Shown piece after piece: positions 28,078 to 41,065 of a DNA stretch of 64,000 nt. The notes beneath the pieces were generated by a model. That model was not told the origin of the DNA. It saw only the letters and a list, made by a program, of their open reading frames with translations, and did not search any database. The DNA is taken from contig OZ059896.1 in assembly GCA_964057225.1 (NCBI GenBank), positions 5,456,001-5,520,000 of the forward strand. Reading direction: 5' to 3'. A program made the position numbers and the translations under genes. The stretch is from Auanema rhodensis (taxonomy: Eukaryota > Animalia > Nematoda). Position 1 is the first letter of the stretch, and each line of letters opens with the position of its first letter.

Positions 28078-30183
28078 ATAACACAGATCGACGCAGCTTA
28101 AAAATCCGCATCGAATGTACTATACTACATCAAGAAACGCTCAATACAAAAATTAGTTATGATCGTTTGAAAAATGATGCATTAGTGTATGTTGAGTTTC
28201 CATGTACACTCAACAATGCTTCCAAAAACATTTTGACAAAAATTTTCCCGAAAAATTTCAAAATAATTTCACAAAAAGTAGATGTTTTTAGATTCCTTTT
28301 TTCAAGACAAAGACGATGGACATTGTTATTCAACAAAAAAATTAATTCTTCACGGTGAAAATCGAGGATATAAGTGTGAACCTATATCAGTTGATATCTC
28401 GGTGCATTTTCAAGCTAGCGCAAATCTGATAACACAGATCGACGCAGCTTAAAAATCCGCATCGAATGCACAATACTACATTAAGAAAAGCTTAATACAA
28501 AAATTAGTTATGATCGTTTGAAAAATGATGCATTAGTGTATGTTGAGTTTCCATGTACACTCAACATTGCTTCCAAAAACATTTTGACAAAAATTTTCCC
28601 GAAAAATTTCAAAATAATTTCACAAAAAGTAGATGTTTTTAGATTCCTTTTTTCAAGACAAAGACGATGGACATTGTTATTCAACAAAAAAATTAATTCT
28701 TCACGGTGAAAATCGAGGATATAAGTGTGAACTTATATCAGTTGATATCTCGGTGCATTTTTAAGCTAGCGCAAATCTGATAACACAGATCGACGCAGCT
28801 TAAAAATCCGCATCGAATGTACTATACTACATCAAGAAAAGCTTAATACAAAAATTAGTTATGATCGTTTGAAAAATGATGCATTAGTGTATGTTGAGTT
28901 TCCATGTACACTCAACAATGCTTCCAAAAACATTTTGACAAAAATTTTCCCGAAAAATTTCAAAATAATTTCACAAAAAGTAGATGTTTTTAGATTCCTT
29001 TTTTCAAGACAAAGACGATGGACATTGTTATTCAACAAAAAAATTAATTCTTCAGGGTGAAAATCGAGGATATAAGTGTGAACTTATATCAGTTGATATC
29101 TCGGTGCATTTTTAAGCTAGCGCAAATCTGATAACACAGATCGACGCAGCTTAAAAATCCGCATCGAATGTACTATACTACATCAAGAAACGCTCAATAC
29201 AAAAATTAGTTATGATCGTTTGAAAAATGATGCATTAGTGTATGTTGAGTTTCCATGTACACTCAACAATGCTTCCAAAAACATTTTGACAAAAATTTTC
29301 CCGAAAAATTTCAAAATAATTTCACAAAAAGTAGATGTTTTTAGATTCCTTTTTTCAAGACAAAGACGATGGACATTGTTATTCAACAAAAAAATTAATT
29401 CTTCACGGTGAAAATCGAGGATATAAGTGTGAACCTATATCAGTTGATATCTCGGTGCATTTTCAAGCTAGCGCAAATCTGATAACACAGATCGACGCAG
29501 CTTAAAAATCCGCATCGAATGCACAATACTACATTAAGAAAAGCTTAATACAAAAATTAGTTATGATCGTTTGAAAAATGATGCATTAGTGTATGTTGAG
29601 TTTCCATGTACACTCAACATTGCTTCCAAAAACATTTTGACAAAAATTTTCCCGAAAAATTTCAAAATAATTTCACAAAAAGTAGATGTTTTTAGATTCC
29701 TTTTTTCAAGACAAAGACGATGGACATTGTTATTCAACAAAAAAATTAATTCTTCACGGTGAAAATCGAGGATATAAGTGTGAACTTATATCAGTTGATA
29801 TCTCGGTGCATTTTTAAGCTAGCGCAAATCTGATAACACAGATCGACGCAGCTTAAAAATCCGCATCGAATGTACTATACTACATCAAGAAAAGCTTAAT
29901 ACAAAAATTAGTTATGATCGTTTGAAAAATGATGCATTAGTGTATGTTGAGTTTCCATGTACACTCAACAATGCTTCCAAAAACATTTTGACAAAAATTT
30001 TCCCGAAAAATTTCAAAATAATTTCACAAAAAGTAGATGTTTTTAGATTCCTTTTTTCAAGACAAAGACGATGGACATTGTTATTCAACAAAAAAATTAA
30101 TTCTTCACGGTGAAAATCGAGGATATAAGTGTGAACCTATATCAGTTGATATCTCGGTGCATTTTTAAGCTAGCGCAAATCTG
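28078..30183. repeat. Local 3-monomer higher-order repeat x2 (1053 bp period)
   Basis: Monomers marked TGTACT..CATCAAGAAACGCTC, GCACAATAC and TGTACT..CATCAAGAAAAGCTT repeat in that order. Confidence 0.85.
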
Positions 30184-33100
30184 ATAACACAGATCGACGC
30201 AGCTTAAAAATCCGCATCGAATGCACTATACTACATTAAGAAAAGCTTAATACAAAAATTAGTTATGATCGTTTGAAAAATGATGCATTAGTGTATGTTG
30301 AGTTTCCATGTACACTCAACATTGCTTCCAAAAACATTTTGACAAAAATTTTCCCGAAAAATTTCAAAATAATTTCACAAAAAGTAGATGTTTTTAGATT
30401 CCTTTTTTCAAGACAAAGACGATGGACATTGTTATTCAACAAAAAAATTAATTCTTCACGGTGAAAATCGAGGATATAAGTGTGAACCTATATCAGTTGA
30501 TATCTCGGTGCATTTTCAAGCTAGCGCAAATCTGATAACACAGATCGACGCAGCTTAAAAATCCGCATCGAATGCACTATACTACATTAAGAAAAGCTTA
30601 ATACAAAAATTAGTTATGATCGTTTGAAAAATGATGCATTAGTGTATGTTGAGTTTCCATGTACACTCAACATTGCTTCCAAAAACATTTTGACAAAAAT
30701 TTTCCCGAAAAATTTCAAAATAATTTCACAAAAAGTAGATGTTTTTAGATTCCTTTTTTCAAGACAAAGACGATGGACATTGTTATTCAACAAAAAAATT
30801 AATTCTTCAGGGTGAAAATCGAGGATATAAGTGTGAACTTATATCAGTTGATATCTCGGTGCATTTTTAAGCTAGCGCAAATCTGATAACACAGATCGAC
30901 GCAGCTTAAAAATCCGCATCGAATGCACTATACTACATTAAGAAAAGCTTAATACAAAAATTAGTTATGATCGTTTGAAAAATGATGCATTAGTGTATGT
31001 TGAGTTTCCATGTACACTCAACATTGCTTCCAAAAACATTTTGACAAAAATTTTCCCGAAAAATTTCAAAATAATTTCACAAAAAGTAGATGTTTTTAGA
31101 TTTCTTTTTTCAAGACAAAGACGATGGACATTGTTATTCAACAAAAAAATTAATTCTTCAGGGTGAAAATCGAGGATATAAGTGTGAACTTATATCAGTT
31201 GATATCTCGGTGCATTTTTAAGCTAGCGCAAATCTGATAACACAGATCGACGCAGCTTAAAAATCCACATCGAATGCACTATACTACATTGGGAAACACT
31301 CAATACAAACATTAGTTATGATCGTTTGAAAAATGATGCATTAGTGTATGTTGAGTTTCCATGTACACTCAACATTGCTTCCAAAAACATTTTGACAAAA
31401 ATTTTCCCGAAAAATTTCAAAATAATTTCACAAAAAGTAGATGTTTTTAGATTCCTTTTTTCAAGACAAAGACAATGGACATTGTTATTCAACAAAAAAA
31501 TTAATTCTTCAGGGTGAAAATCGAGGATATAAGTGTGAACCTATATCAGTTGATATCTCGGTGCATTTTCAAGCTAGCGCAAATCTGATAACACAGATCG
31601 ACGCAGCTTAAAAATCCGCATCGAATGCACTATACTACATGGAGAAACGCTCAATACAAAAATTAGTTATGATCGTTTGAAAAATGATGCATTAGTGTAT
31701 GTTGAGTTTCCATGTACACTCAACAATGCTTCCAAAAACATTTTGACAAAAATTTTCCCGAAAAATTTCAAAATAATTTCACAAAAAGTAGATGTTTTTG
31801 GATTCTTTTTTTCAAGACAAAGACGATGGACATTGTTATTCAACAAAAAAATTAATTCTTCACGGTGAAAATCGAGGATATAAGTGTGAACCTATATCAG
31901 TTGATATCTCGGTGCATTTTCAAGCTAGCGCAAATCTGATAACACAGATCGACGCAGCTTAAAAATCCGCATCGAATGCACTATACTACATGGAGAAACG
32001 CTCAATACAAAAATTAGTTATGATCGTTTGAAAAATGATGCATTAGTGTATGTTGAGTTTCCATGTACACTCAACAATGCTTCCAAAAACATTTTGACAA
32101 AAATTTTCCCGAAAAATTTCAGAATAAATTTACAAAAAGTAGATGTTTTTAGATTCCTTTTTTCAAGACAAAGACGATGGACATTGTTATTCAACAAAAA
32201 AATTAATTCTTCACGGTGAAAATCGAGGATATAAGTGTGAACCTATATCAGTTGATATCTCGGTGCATTTTCAAGCTAGCGCAAATCTGATAACACAGAT
32301 CGACGCAGCTTAAAAATCCGCATCGAATGTACTATACTACATCAAGAAACGCTCAATACAAAATTTAGTTATGATCGTTTGAAAAATGATGCATTAGTGT
32401 ATGTTGAGTTTCCATGTACACTCAACAATGCTTCCAAAAACATTTTGACAAAAATTTTCCCGAAAAATTTCAAAATAATTTCACAAAAAGTAGATGTTTT
32501 TAGATTCTTTTTTTCAAGACAAAGACGATGGACATTGTTATTCAACAAAAAAATTAATTCTTCACGGTGAAAATCGAGGATATAAGTGTGAACCTATATC
32601 AGTTGATATCTCGGTGCATTTTCAAGCTAGCGCAAATCTGATAACACAGATCGACGCAGCTTAAAAATCCGCATCGAATGCACTATACTACATGGAGAAA
32701 CGCTCAATACAAAAATTAGTTATGATCGTTTGAAAAATGATGCATTAGTGTATGTTGAGTTTCCATGTACACTCAACAATGCTTCCAAAAACATTTTGAC
32801 AAAAATTTTCCCGAAAAATTTCAGAATAAATTTACAAAAAGTAGATGTTTTTAGATTCCTTTTTTTCAAGACAAAGACGATGGACATTGTTATTCAACAA
32901 AAAAATTAATTCTTCACGGTGAAAATCGAGGATATAAGTGTGAACCTATATCAGTTGATATCTCGGTGCATTTTCAAGCTAGCGCAAATCTGATAACACA
33001 GATCGACGCAGCTTAAAAATCCGCATCGAATGCACTATACTACATTAAGAAACGCTCAATACAAAAATTAGTTATGATTGTTTGAAAAATGATGCATTAG

Positions 33101-36100
33101 TGTATGTTGAGTTTCCATGTACACTCAACATTGCTTCCAAAAACATTTTGACAAACATTTTCCCGAAAAATTTCAGAATAAATTTACAAAAAGTAGATGT
33201 TTTTAGATTCCTTTTTTCAAGACAAAGACGATGGACATTGTTATTCAACAAAAAAATTAATTCTTCACGGTGAAAATCGAGGATATAAGTGTGAACCTAT
33301 ATCAGTTGATATCTCGGTGCATTTTCAAGCTAGCGCAAATCTGATAACACAGATCGACGCAGCTTAAAAATCCGCATCGAATGCACTATACTACATGGAG
33401 AAACGCTCAATACAAAAATTAGTTATGATCGTTTGAAAAATGATGCATTAGTGTATGTTGAGTTTCCATGTACACTCAACAATGCTTCCAAAAACATTTT
33501 GACAAAAATTTTCCCGAAAAATTTCAAAATAATTTCACAAAAAGTAGATGTTTTTAGATTCCTTTTTTCAAGACAAAGACGATGGACAATGTTATTCAAC
33601 GAAAAAATTAAATCTTCAGGGTGAAAATCGAGGATATAAGTGTGAACCTATATCAGTTGATATCTCGGTGCATTTTCAAGCTAGCGCAAATCTGATAACA
33701 CAGATCGACGCAGCTTAAAAATCCGCATCGAATGCACTATACTACATTAAGAAAAGCTTAATACAAAAATTAGTTATGATCGTTTGAAAAATGATGCATT
33801 AGTGTATGTTGAGTTTCCATGTACACTCAACATTGCTTCCAAAAACATTTTGACAAAAATTTTCCCGAAAAATTTCAAAATAATTTCACAAAAAGTAGAT
33901 GTTTTTAGATTCCTTTTTTCAAGACAAAGACGATGGACATTGTTATTCAACAAAAAAATTAATTCTTCAGGGTGAAAATCGAGGATATAAGTGTGAACTT
34001 ATATCAGTTGATATCTCGGTGCATTTTTAAGCTAGCGCAAATCTGATAACACAGATCGACGCAGCTTAAAAATCCGCATCGAATGCACTATACTACATTA
34101 AGAAAAGCTTAATACAAAAATTAGTTATGATCGTTTGAAAAATGATGCATTAGTGTATGTTGAGTTTCCATGTACACTCAACATTGCTTCCAAAAACATT
34201 TTGACAAAAATTTTCCCGAAAAATTTCAAAATAATTTCACAAAAAGTAGATGTTTTTAGATTTCTTTTTTCAAGACAAAGACGATGGACATTGTTATTCA
34301 ACAAAAAAATTAATTCTTCAGGGTGAAAATCGAGGATATAAGTGTGAACTTATATCAGTTGATATCTCGGTGCATTTTTAAGCTAGCGCAAATCTGATAA
34401 CACAGATCGACGCAGCTTAAAAATCCACATCGAATGCACTATACTACATTGGGAAACACTCAATACAAACATTAGTTATGATCGTTTGAAAAATGATGCA
34501 TTAGTGTATGTTGAGTTTCCATGTACACTCAACATTGCTTCCAAAAACATTTTGACAAAAATTTTCCCGAAAAATTTCAAAATAATTTCACAAAAAGTAG
34601 ATGTTTTTAGATTCCTTTTTTCAAGACAAAGACGATGGACATTGTTATTCAACAAAAAAATTAATTCTTCAGGGTGAAAATCGAGGATATAAGTGTGAAC
34701 CTATATCAGTTGATATCTTGGTGCATTTTCAAGCTAGCGCAAATCTGATAACACAGATCGACGCAGCTTAAAAATCCGCATCGAATGCACTATACTACAT
34801 GGAGAAACGCTCAATACAAAAATTAGTTATGATCGTTTGAAAAATGATGCATTAGTGTATGTTGAGTTTCCATGTACACTCAACAATGCTTCCAAAAACA
34901 TTTTGACAAAAATTTTCCCGAAAAATTTCAAAATAATTTCACAAAAAGTAGATGTTTTTAGATTCCTTTTTTCAAGACAAAGACGATGGACAATGTTATT
35001 CAACGAAAAAATTAAATCTTCAGGGTGAAAATCGAGGATATAAGTGTGAACCTATATCAGTTGATATCTCGGTGCATTTTCAAGCTAGCGCAAATCTGAT
35101 AACACAGATCGACGCAGCTTAAAAATCCGCATCGAATGCACTATACTACATGGAGAAACGCTCAATACAAAAATTAGTTATGATCGTTTGAAAAATGATG
35201 CATTAGTGTATGTTGAGTTTCCATGTACACTCAACAATGCTTCCAAAAACATTTTGACAAAAATTTTCCCGAAAAATTTCAAAATAATTTCACAAAAAGT
35301 AGATGTTTTTAGATTCCTTTTTTCAAGACAAAGACGATGGACAATGTTATTCAACGAAAAAATTAAATCTTCAGGGTGAAAATCGAGGATATAAGTGTGA
35401 ACCTATATCAGTTGATATCTCGGTGCATTTTCAAGCTAGCGCAAATCTGATAACACAGATCTACGCAGCTTAAAAATCCGCATCGAATGCACTATACTAC
35501 ATGGAGAAACGCTCAATACAAAAATTAGTTATGATCGTTTGAAAAATGATGCATTAGTGTATGTTGAGTTTCCATGTACACTCAACAATGCTTCCAAAAA
35601 CATTTTGACAAAAATTTTCCCGAAAAATTTCAAAATAATTTCACAAAAAGTAGATGTTTTTAGATTCCTTTTTCCAAGACAAAGACGATGGACATTGTTA
35701 TTCAACAAAAAAATTAATTCTTCACGGTGAAAATCGAGGATATAAGTGTGAACCTATATCAGTTGATATCTCGGTGCATTTTCAAGCTAGCGCAAATCTG
35801 ATAACACAGATCGACGCAGCTTAAAAATCCGCATCGAATGCACTATACTACATTGGGAAACACTAAATACAAAAATTAGTTATGATCGTTTGAAAAATGA
35901 TGCATTAGTGTATGTTGAGTTTCCATGTACACTCAACAATGCTTCCAAAAACATTTTGACAAAAATTTTCCCGAAAAATTTCAAAATAATTTCACAAAAA
36001 GTAGATGTTTTTAGATTCCTTTTTTCAAGACAAAGACGATGGACAATGTTATTCAACGAAAAAATTAAATCTTCAGGGTGAAAATCGAGGATATAAGTGT

Positions 36101-39100
36101 GAACCTATATCAGTTGATATCTCGGTGCATTTTCAAGCTAGCGCAAATCTGATAACACAGATCGACGCAGCTTAAAAATCCGCATCGAATGCACTATACT
36201 ACATGGAGAAACGCTCAATACAAAAATTAGTTATGATCGTTTGAAAAATGATGCATTAGTGTATGTTGAGTTTCCATGTACACTCAACAATGCTTCCAAA
36301 AACATTTTGACAAAAATTTTCCCGAAAAATTTCAAAATAATTTCACAAAAAGTAGATGTTTTTAGATTCCTTTTTCCAAGACAAAGACGATGGACATTGT
36401 TATTCAACAAAAAAATTAATTCTTCACGGTGAAAATCGAGGATATAAGTGTGAACCTATATCAGTTGATATCTCGGTGCATTTTCAAGCTAGCGCAAATC
36501 TGATAACACAGATCGACGCAGCTTAAAAATCCGCATCGAATGCACTATACTACATTGGGAAACACTAAATACAAAAATTAGTTATGATCGTTTGAAAAAT
36601 GATGCATTAGTGTATGTTGAGTTTCCATGTACACTCAACAATGCTTCCAAAAACATTTTGACAAAAATTTTCCCGAAAAATTTCAAAATAATTTCACAAA
36701 AAGTAGATGTTTTTAGATTCCTTTTTTCAAGACAAAGACGATGGACAATGTTATTCAACGAAAAAATTAAATCTTCAGGGTGAAAATCGAGGATATAAGT
36801 GTGAACCTATATCAGTTGATATCTCGGTGCATTTTCAAGCTAGCGCAAATCTGATAACACAGATCGACGCAGCTTAAAAATCCGCATCGAATGCACTATA
36901 CTACATGGAGAAACGCTCAATACAAAAATTAGTTATGATCGTTTGAAAAATGATGCATTAGTGTATGTTGAGTTTCCATGTACAATCAACATTGCTTCCA
37001 AAAACATTTTGACAAAAATTTTCCCGAAAAATTTCAAAATAATTTCACAAAAAGTAGATGTTTTTAGATTCCTTTTTTCAAGACAAAGACGATGGACATT
37101 GTTATTCAACAAAAAAATTAATTCTTCAGGGTGAAAATCGAGGATATAAGTGTGAACTTATATCAGTTGATATCTCGGTGCATTTTTAAGCTAGCGCAAA
37201 TCTGATAACACAGATCGACGCAGCTTAAAAATCCGCATCGAATGCACTATACTACATGGAGAAACGCTCAATACAAAAATTAGTTATGATCGTTTGAAAA
37301 ATGATGCATTAGTGTATGTTGAGTTTCCATGTACACTCAACAATGCTTCCAAAAACATTTTGACAAAAATTTTCCCGAAAAATTTCAAAATAATTTCACA
37401 AAAAGTAGATGTTTTTAGATTCCTTTTTTCAAGACAAAGACGATGGACAATGTTATTCAACGAAAAAATTAAATCTTCAGGGTGAAAATCGAGGATATAA
37501 GTGTGAACCTATATCAGTTGATATCTCGGTGCATTTTCAAGCTAGCGCAAATCTGATAACACAGATCTACGCAGCTTAAAAATCCGCATCGAATGCACTA
37601 TACTACATGGAGAAACGCTCAATACAAAAATTAGTTATGATCGTTTGAAAAATGATGCATTAGTGTATGTTGAGTTTCCATGTACACTCAACAATGCTTC
37701 CAAAAACATTTTGACAAAAATTTTCCCGAAAAATTTCAAAATAATTTCACAAAAAGTAGATGTTTTTAGATTCCTTTTTCCAAGACAAAGACGATGGACA
37801 TTGTTATTCAACAAAAAAATTAATTCTTCACGGTGAAAATCGAGGATATAAGTGTGAACCTATATCAGTTGATATCTCGGTGCATTTTCAAGCTAGCGCA
37901 AATCTGATAACACAGATCGACGCAGCTTAAAAATCCGCATCGAATGCACTATACTACATTGGGAAACACTAAATACAAAAATTAGTTATGATCGTTTGAA
38001 AAATGATGCATTAGTGTATGTTGAGTTTCCATGTACACTCAACAATGCTTCCAAAAACATTTTGACAAAAATTTTCCCGAAAAATTTCAAAATAATTTCA
38101 CAAAAAGTAGATGTTTTTAGATTCCTTTTTTCAAGACAAAGACGATGGACAATGTTATTCAACGAAAAAATTAAATCTTCAGGGTGAAAATCGAGGATAT
38201 AAGTGTGAACCTATATCAGTTGATATCTCGGTGCATTTTCAAGCTAGCGCAAATCTGATAACACAGATCGACGCAGCTTAAAAATCCGCATCGAATGCAC
38301 TATACTACATTAAGAAACGCTCAATACAAAAATTAGTTATGATTGTTTGAAAAATGATGCATTAGTGTATGTTGAGTTTCCATGTACACTCAACATTGCT
38401 TCCAAAAACATTTTGACAAACATTTTCCCGAAAAATTTCAGAATAAATTTACAAAAAGTAGATGTTTTTAGATTTCTTTTTTCAAGACAAAGACGATGGA
38501 CATTGTTATTCAACAAAAAAATTAATTCTTCACGGTGAAAATCGAGGATATAAGTGTGAACCTATATCAGTTGATATCTCGGTGCATTTTCAAGCTAGCG
38601 CAAATCTGATAACACAGATCGACGCAGCTTAAAAATCCGCATCGAATGCACTATACTACATGGAGAAACGCTCAATACAAAAATTAGTTATGATCGTTTG
38701 AAAAATGATGCATTAGTGTATGTTGAGTTTCCATGTACACTCAACAATGCTTCCAAAAACATTTTGACAAAAATTTTCCCGAAAAATTTCAAAATAATTT
38801 CACAAAAAGTAGATGTTTTTAGATTCCTTTTTTCAAGACAAAGACGATGGACAATGTTATTCAACGAAAAAATTAAATCTTCAGGGTGAAAATCGAGGAT
38901 ATAAGTGTGAACCTATATCAGTTGATATCTCGGTGCATTTTCAAGCTAGCGCAAATCTGATAACACAGATCGACGCAGCTTAAAAATCCGCATCGAATGC
39001 ACTATACTACATTAAGAAACGCTCAATACAAAAATTAGTTATGATTGTTTGAAAAATGATGCATTAGTGTATGTTGAGTTTCCATGTACACTCAACATTG

Positions 39101-41065
39101 CTTCCAAAAACATTTTGACAAACATTTTCCCGAAAAATTTCAGAATAAATTTACAAAAAGTAGATGTTTTTAGATTCCTTTTTTCAAGACAAAGACGATG
39201 GACATTGTCATTCAACAAAAAAATTAATTCTTCACGGTGAAAATCTAGGATATAAGTGTGAACCTATATCAGTTGATATCTCGGTGCATTTTCAAGCTAG
39301 CGCAAATCTGATAACACAGATCGACGCAGCTTAAAAATCCGCATCGAATGCACTATACTACATGGAGAAACGCTCAATACAAAAATTAGTTATGATCGTT
39401 TGAAAAATGATGCATTAGTGTATGTTGAGTTTCCATGTACAATCAACATTGCTTCCAAAAACATTTTGACAAAAATTTTCCCGAAAAATTTCAAAATAAT
39501 TTCACAAAAAGTAGATGTTTTTAGATTCCTTTTTTCAAGACAAAGACGATGGACATTGTTATTCAACAAAAAAATTAATTCTTCAGGGTGAAAATCGAGG
39601 ATATAAGTGTGAACTTATATCAGTTGATATCTCGGTGCATTTTTAAGCTAGCGCAAATCTGATAACACAGATCGACGCAGCTTAAAAATCCGCATCGAAT
39701 GCACTATACTACATGGAGAAACGCTCAATACAAAAATTAGTTATGATCGTTTGAAAAATGATGCATTAGTGTATGTTGAGTTTCCATGTACACTCAACAA
39801 TGCTTCCAAAAACATTTTGACAAAAATTTTCCCGAAAAATTTCAAAATAATTTCACAAAAAGTGGATGTTTTTAGATTCCTTTTTTCAAGACAAAGACGA
39901 TGGACATTGTTATTCAACAAAAAAATTAATTCTTCACGGTGAAAATCGAGGATATAAGTGTGAACTTATATCAGTTGATATCTCGGTGCATTTTTAAGCT
40001 AGCGCAAATCTGATAACACAGATCGACGCAGCTTAAAAATCCGCATCGAATGCACTATACTACATTAAGAAAAGCTCAATACAAAAATTAGTTATGATCG
40101 TTTGAAAAATGATGCATTAGTGTATGTTGAGTTTCCATGTACACTCAACATTGCTTCCAAAAACATTTTGACAAAAATTTTCCCGAAAAATTTCAAAATA
40201 ATTTCACAAAAAGTAGATGTTTTTAGATTTCTTTTTTCAGGACAAAGACGATGGACATTGTTATTCAACAAAAAAATTAATTCTTCAGGGTGAAAATCGA
40301 GGATATAAGTGTGAACTTATATCAGTTGATATCTCGGTGCATTTTTAAGCTAGCGCAAATCTGATAACACAGATCGACGCAGCTTAAAAATCCGCATCGA
40401 ATGCACTATACTACATTAAGAAAAGCTCAATACAAAAATTAGTTATGATCGTTTGAAAAATGATGCATTAGTGTATGTTGAGTTTCCATGTACACTCAAC
40501 ATTGCTTCCAAAAACATTTTGACAAAAATTTTCCCGAAAAATTTCAAAATAATTTCACAAAAAGTAGATGTTTTTAGATTTCTTTTTTCAAGACAAAGAC
40601 GATGGACATTGTTATTCAACAAAAAAATTAATTCTTCAGGGTGAAAATCGAGGATATAAGTGTGAACTTATATCAGTTGATATCTCGGTGCATTTTTAAG
40701 CTAGCGCAAATCTGATAACACAGATCGACGCAGCTTAAAAATCCACATCGAATGCACTATACTACATTGGGAAACACTCAATACAAACATTAGTTATGAT
40801 CGTTCGAAAAATGATGCATTAGTGTATGTTGAGTTTCCATGTACACTCAACATTGCTTCCAAAAACATTTTGACAAAAATTTTCCCGAAAAATTTCAAAA
40901 TAATTTCACAAAAAGTAGATGTTTTTAGATTCCTTTTTTCAAGACAAAGACGATGGACATTGTTATTCAACAAAAAAATTAATTCTTCAGGGTGAAAATC
41001 GAGGATATAAGTGTGAGCTTATATCAGTTGATATCTCGGTGCATTTTTAAGCTAGCGCAAATCTG

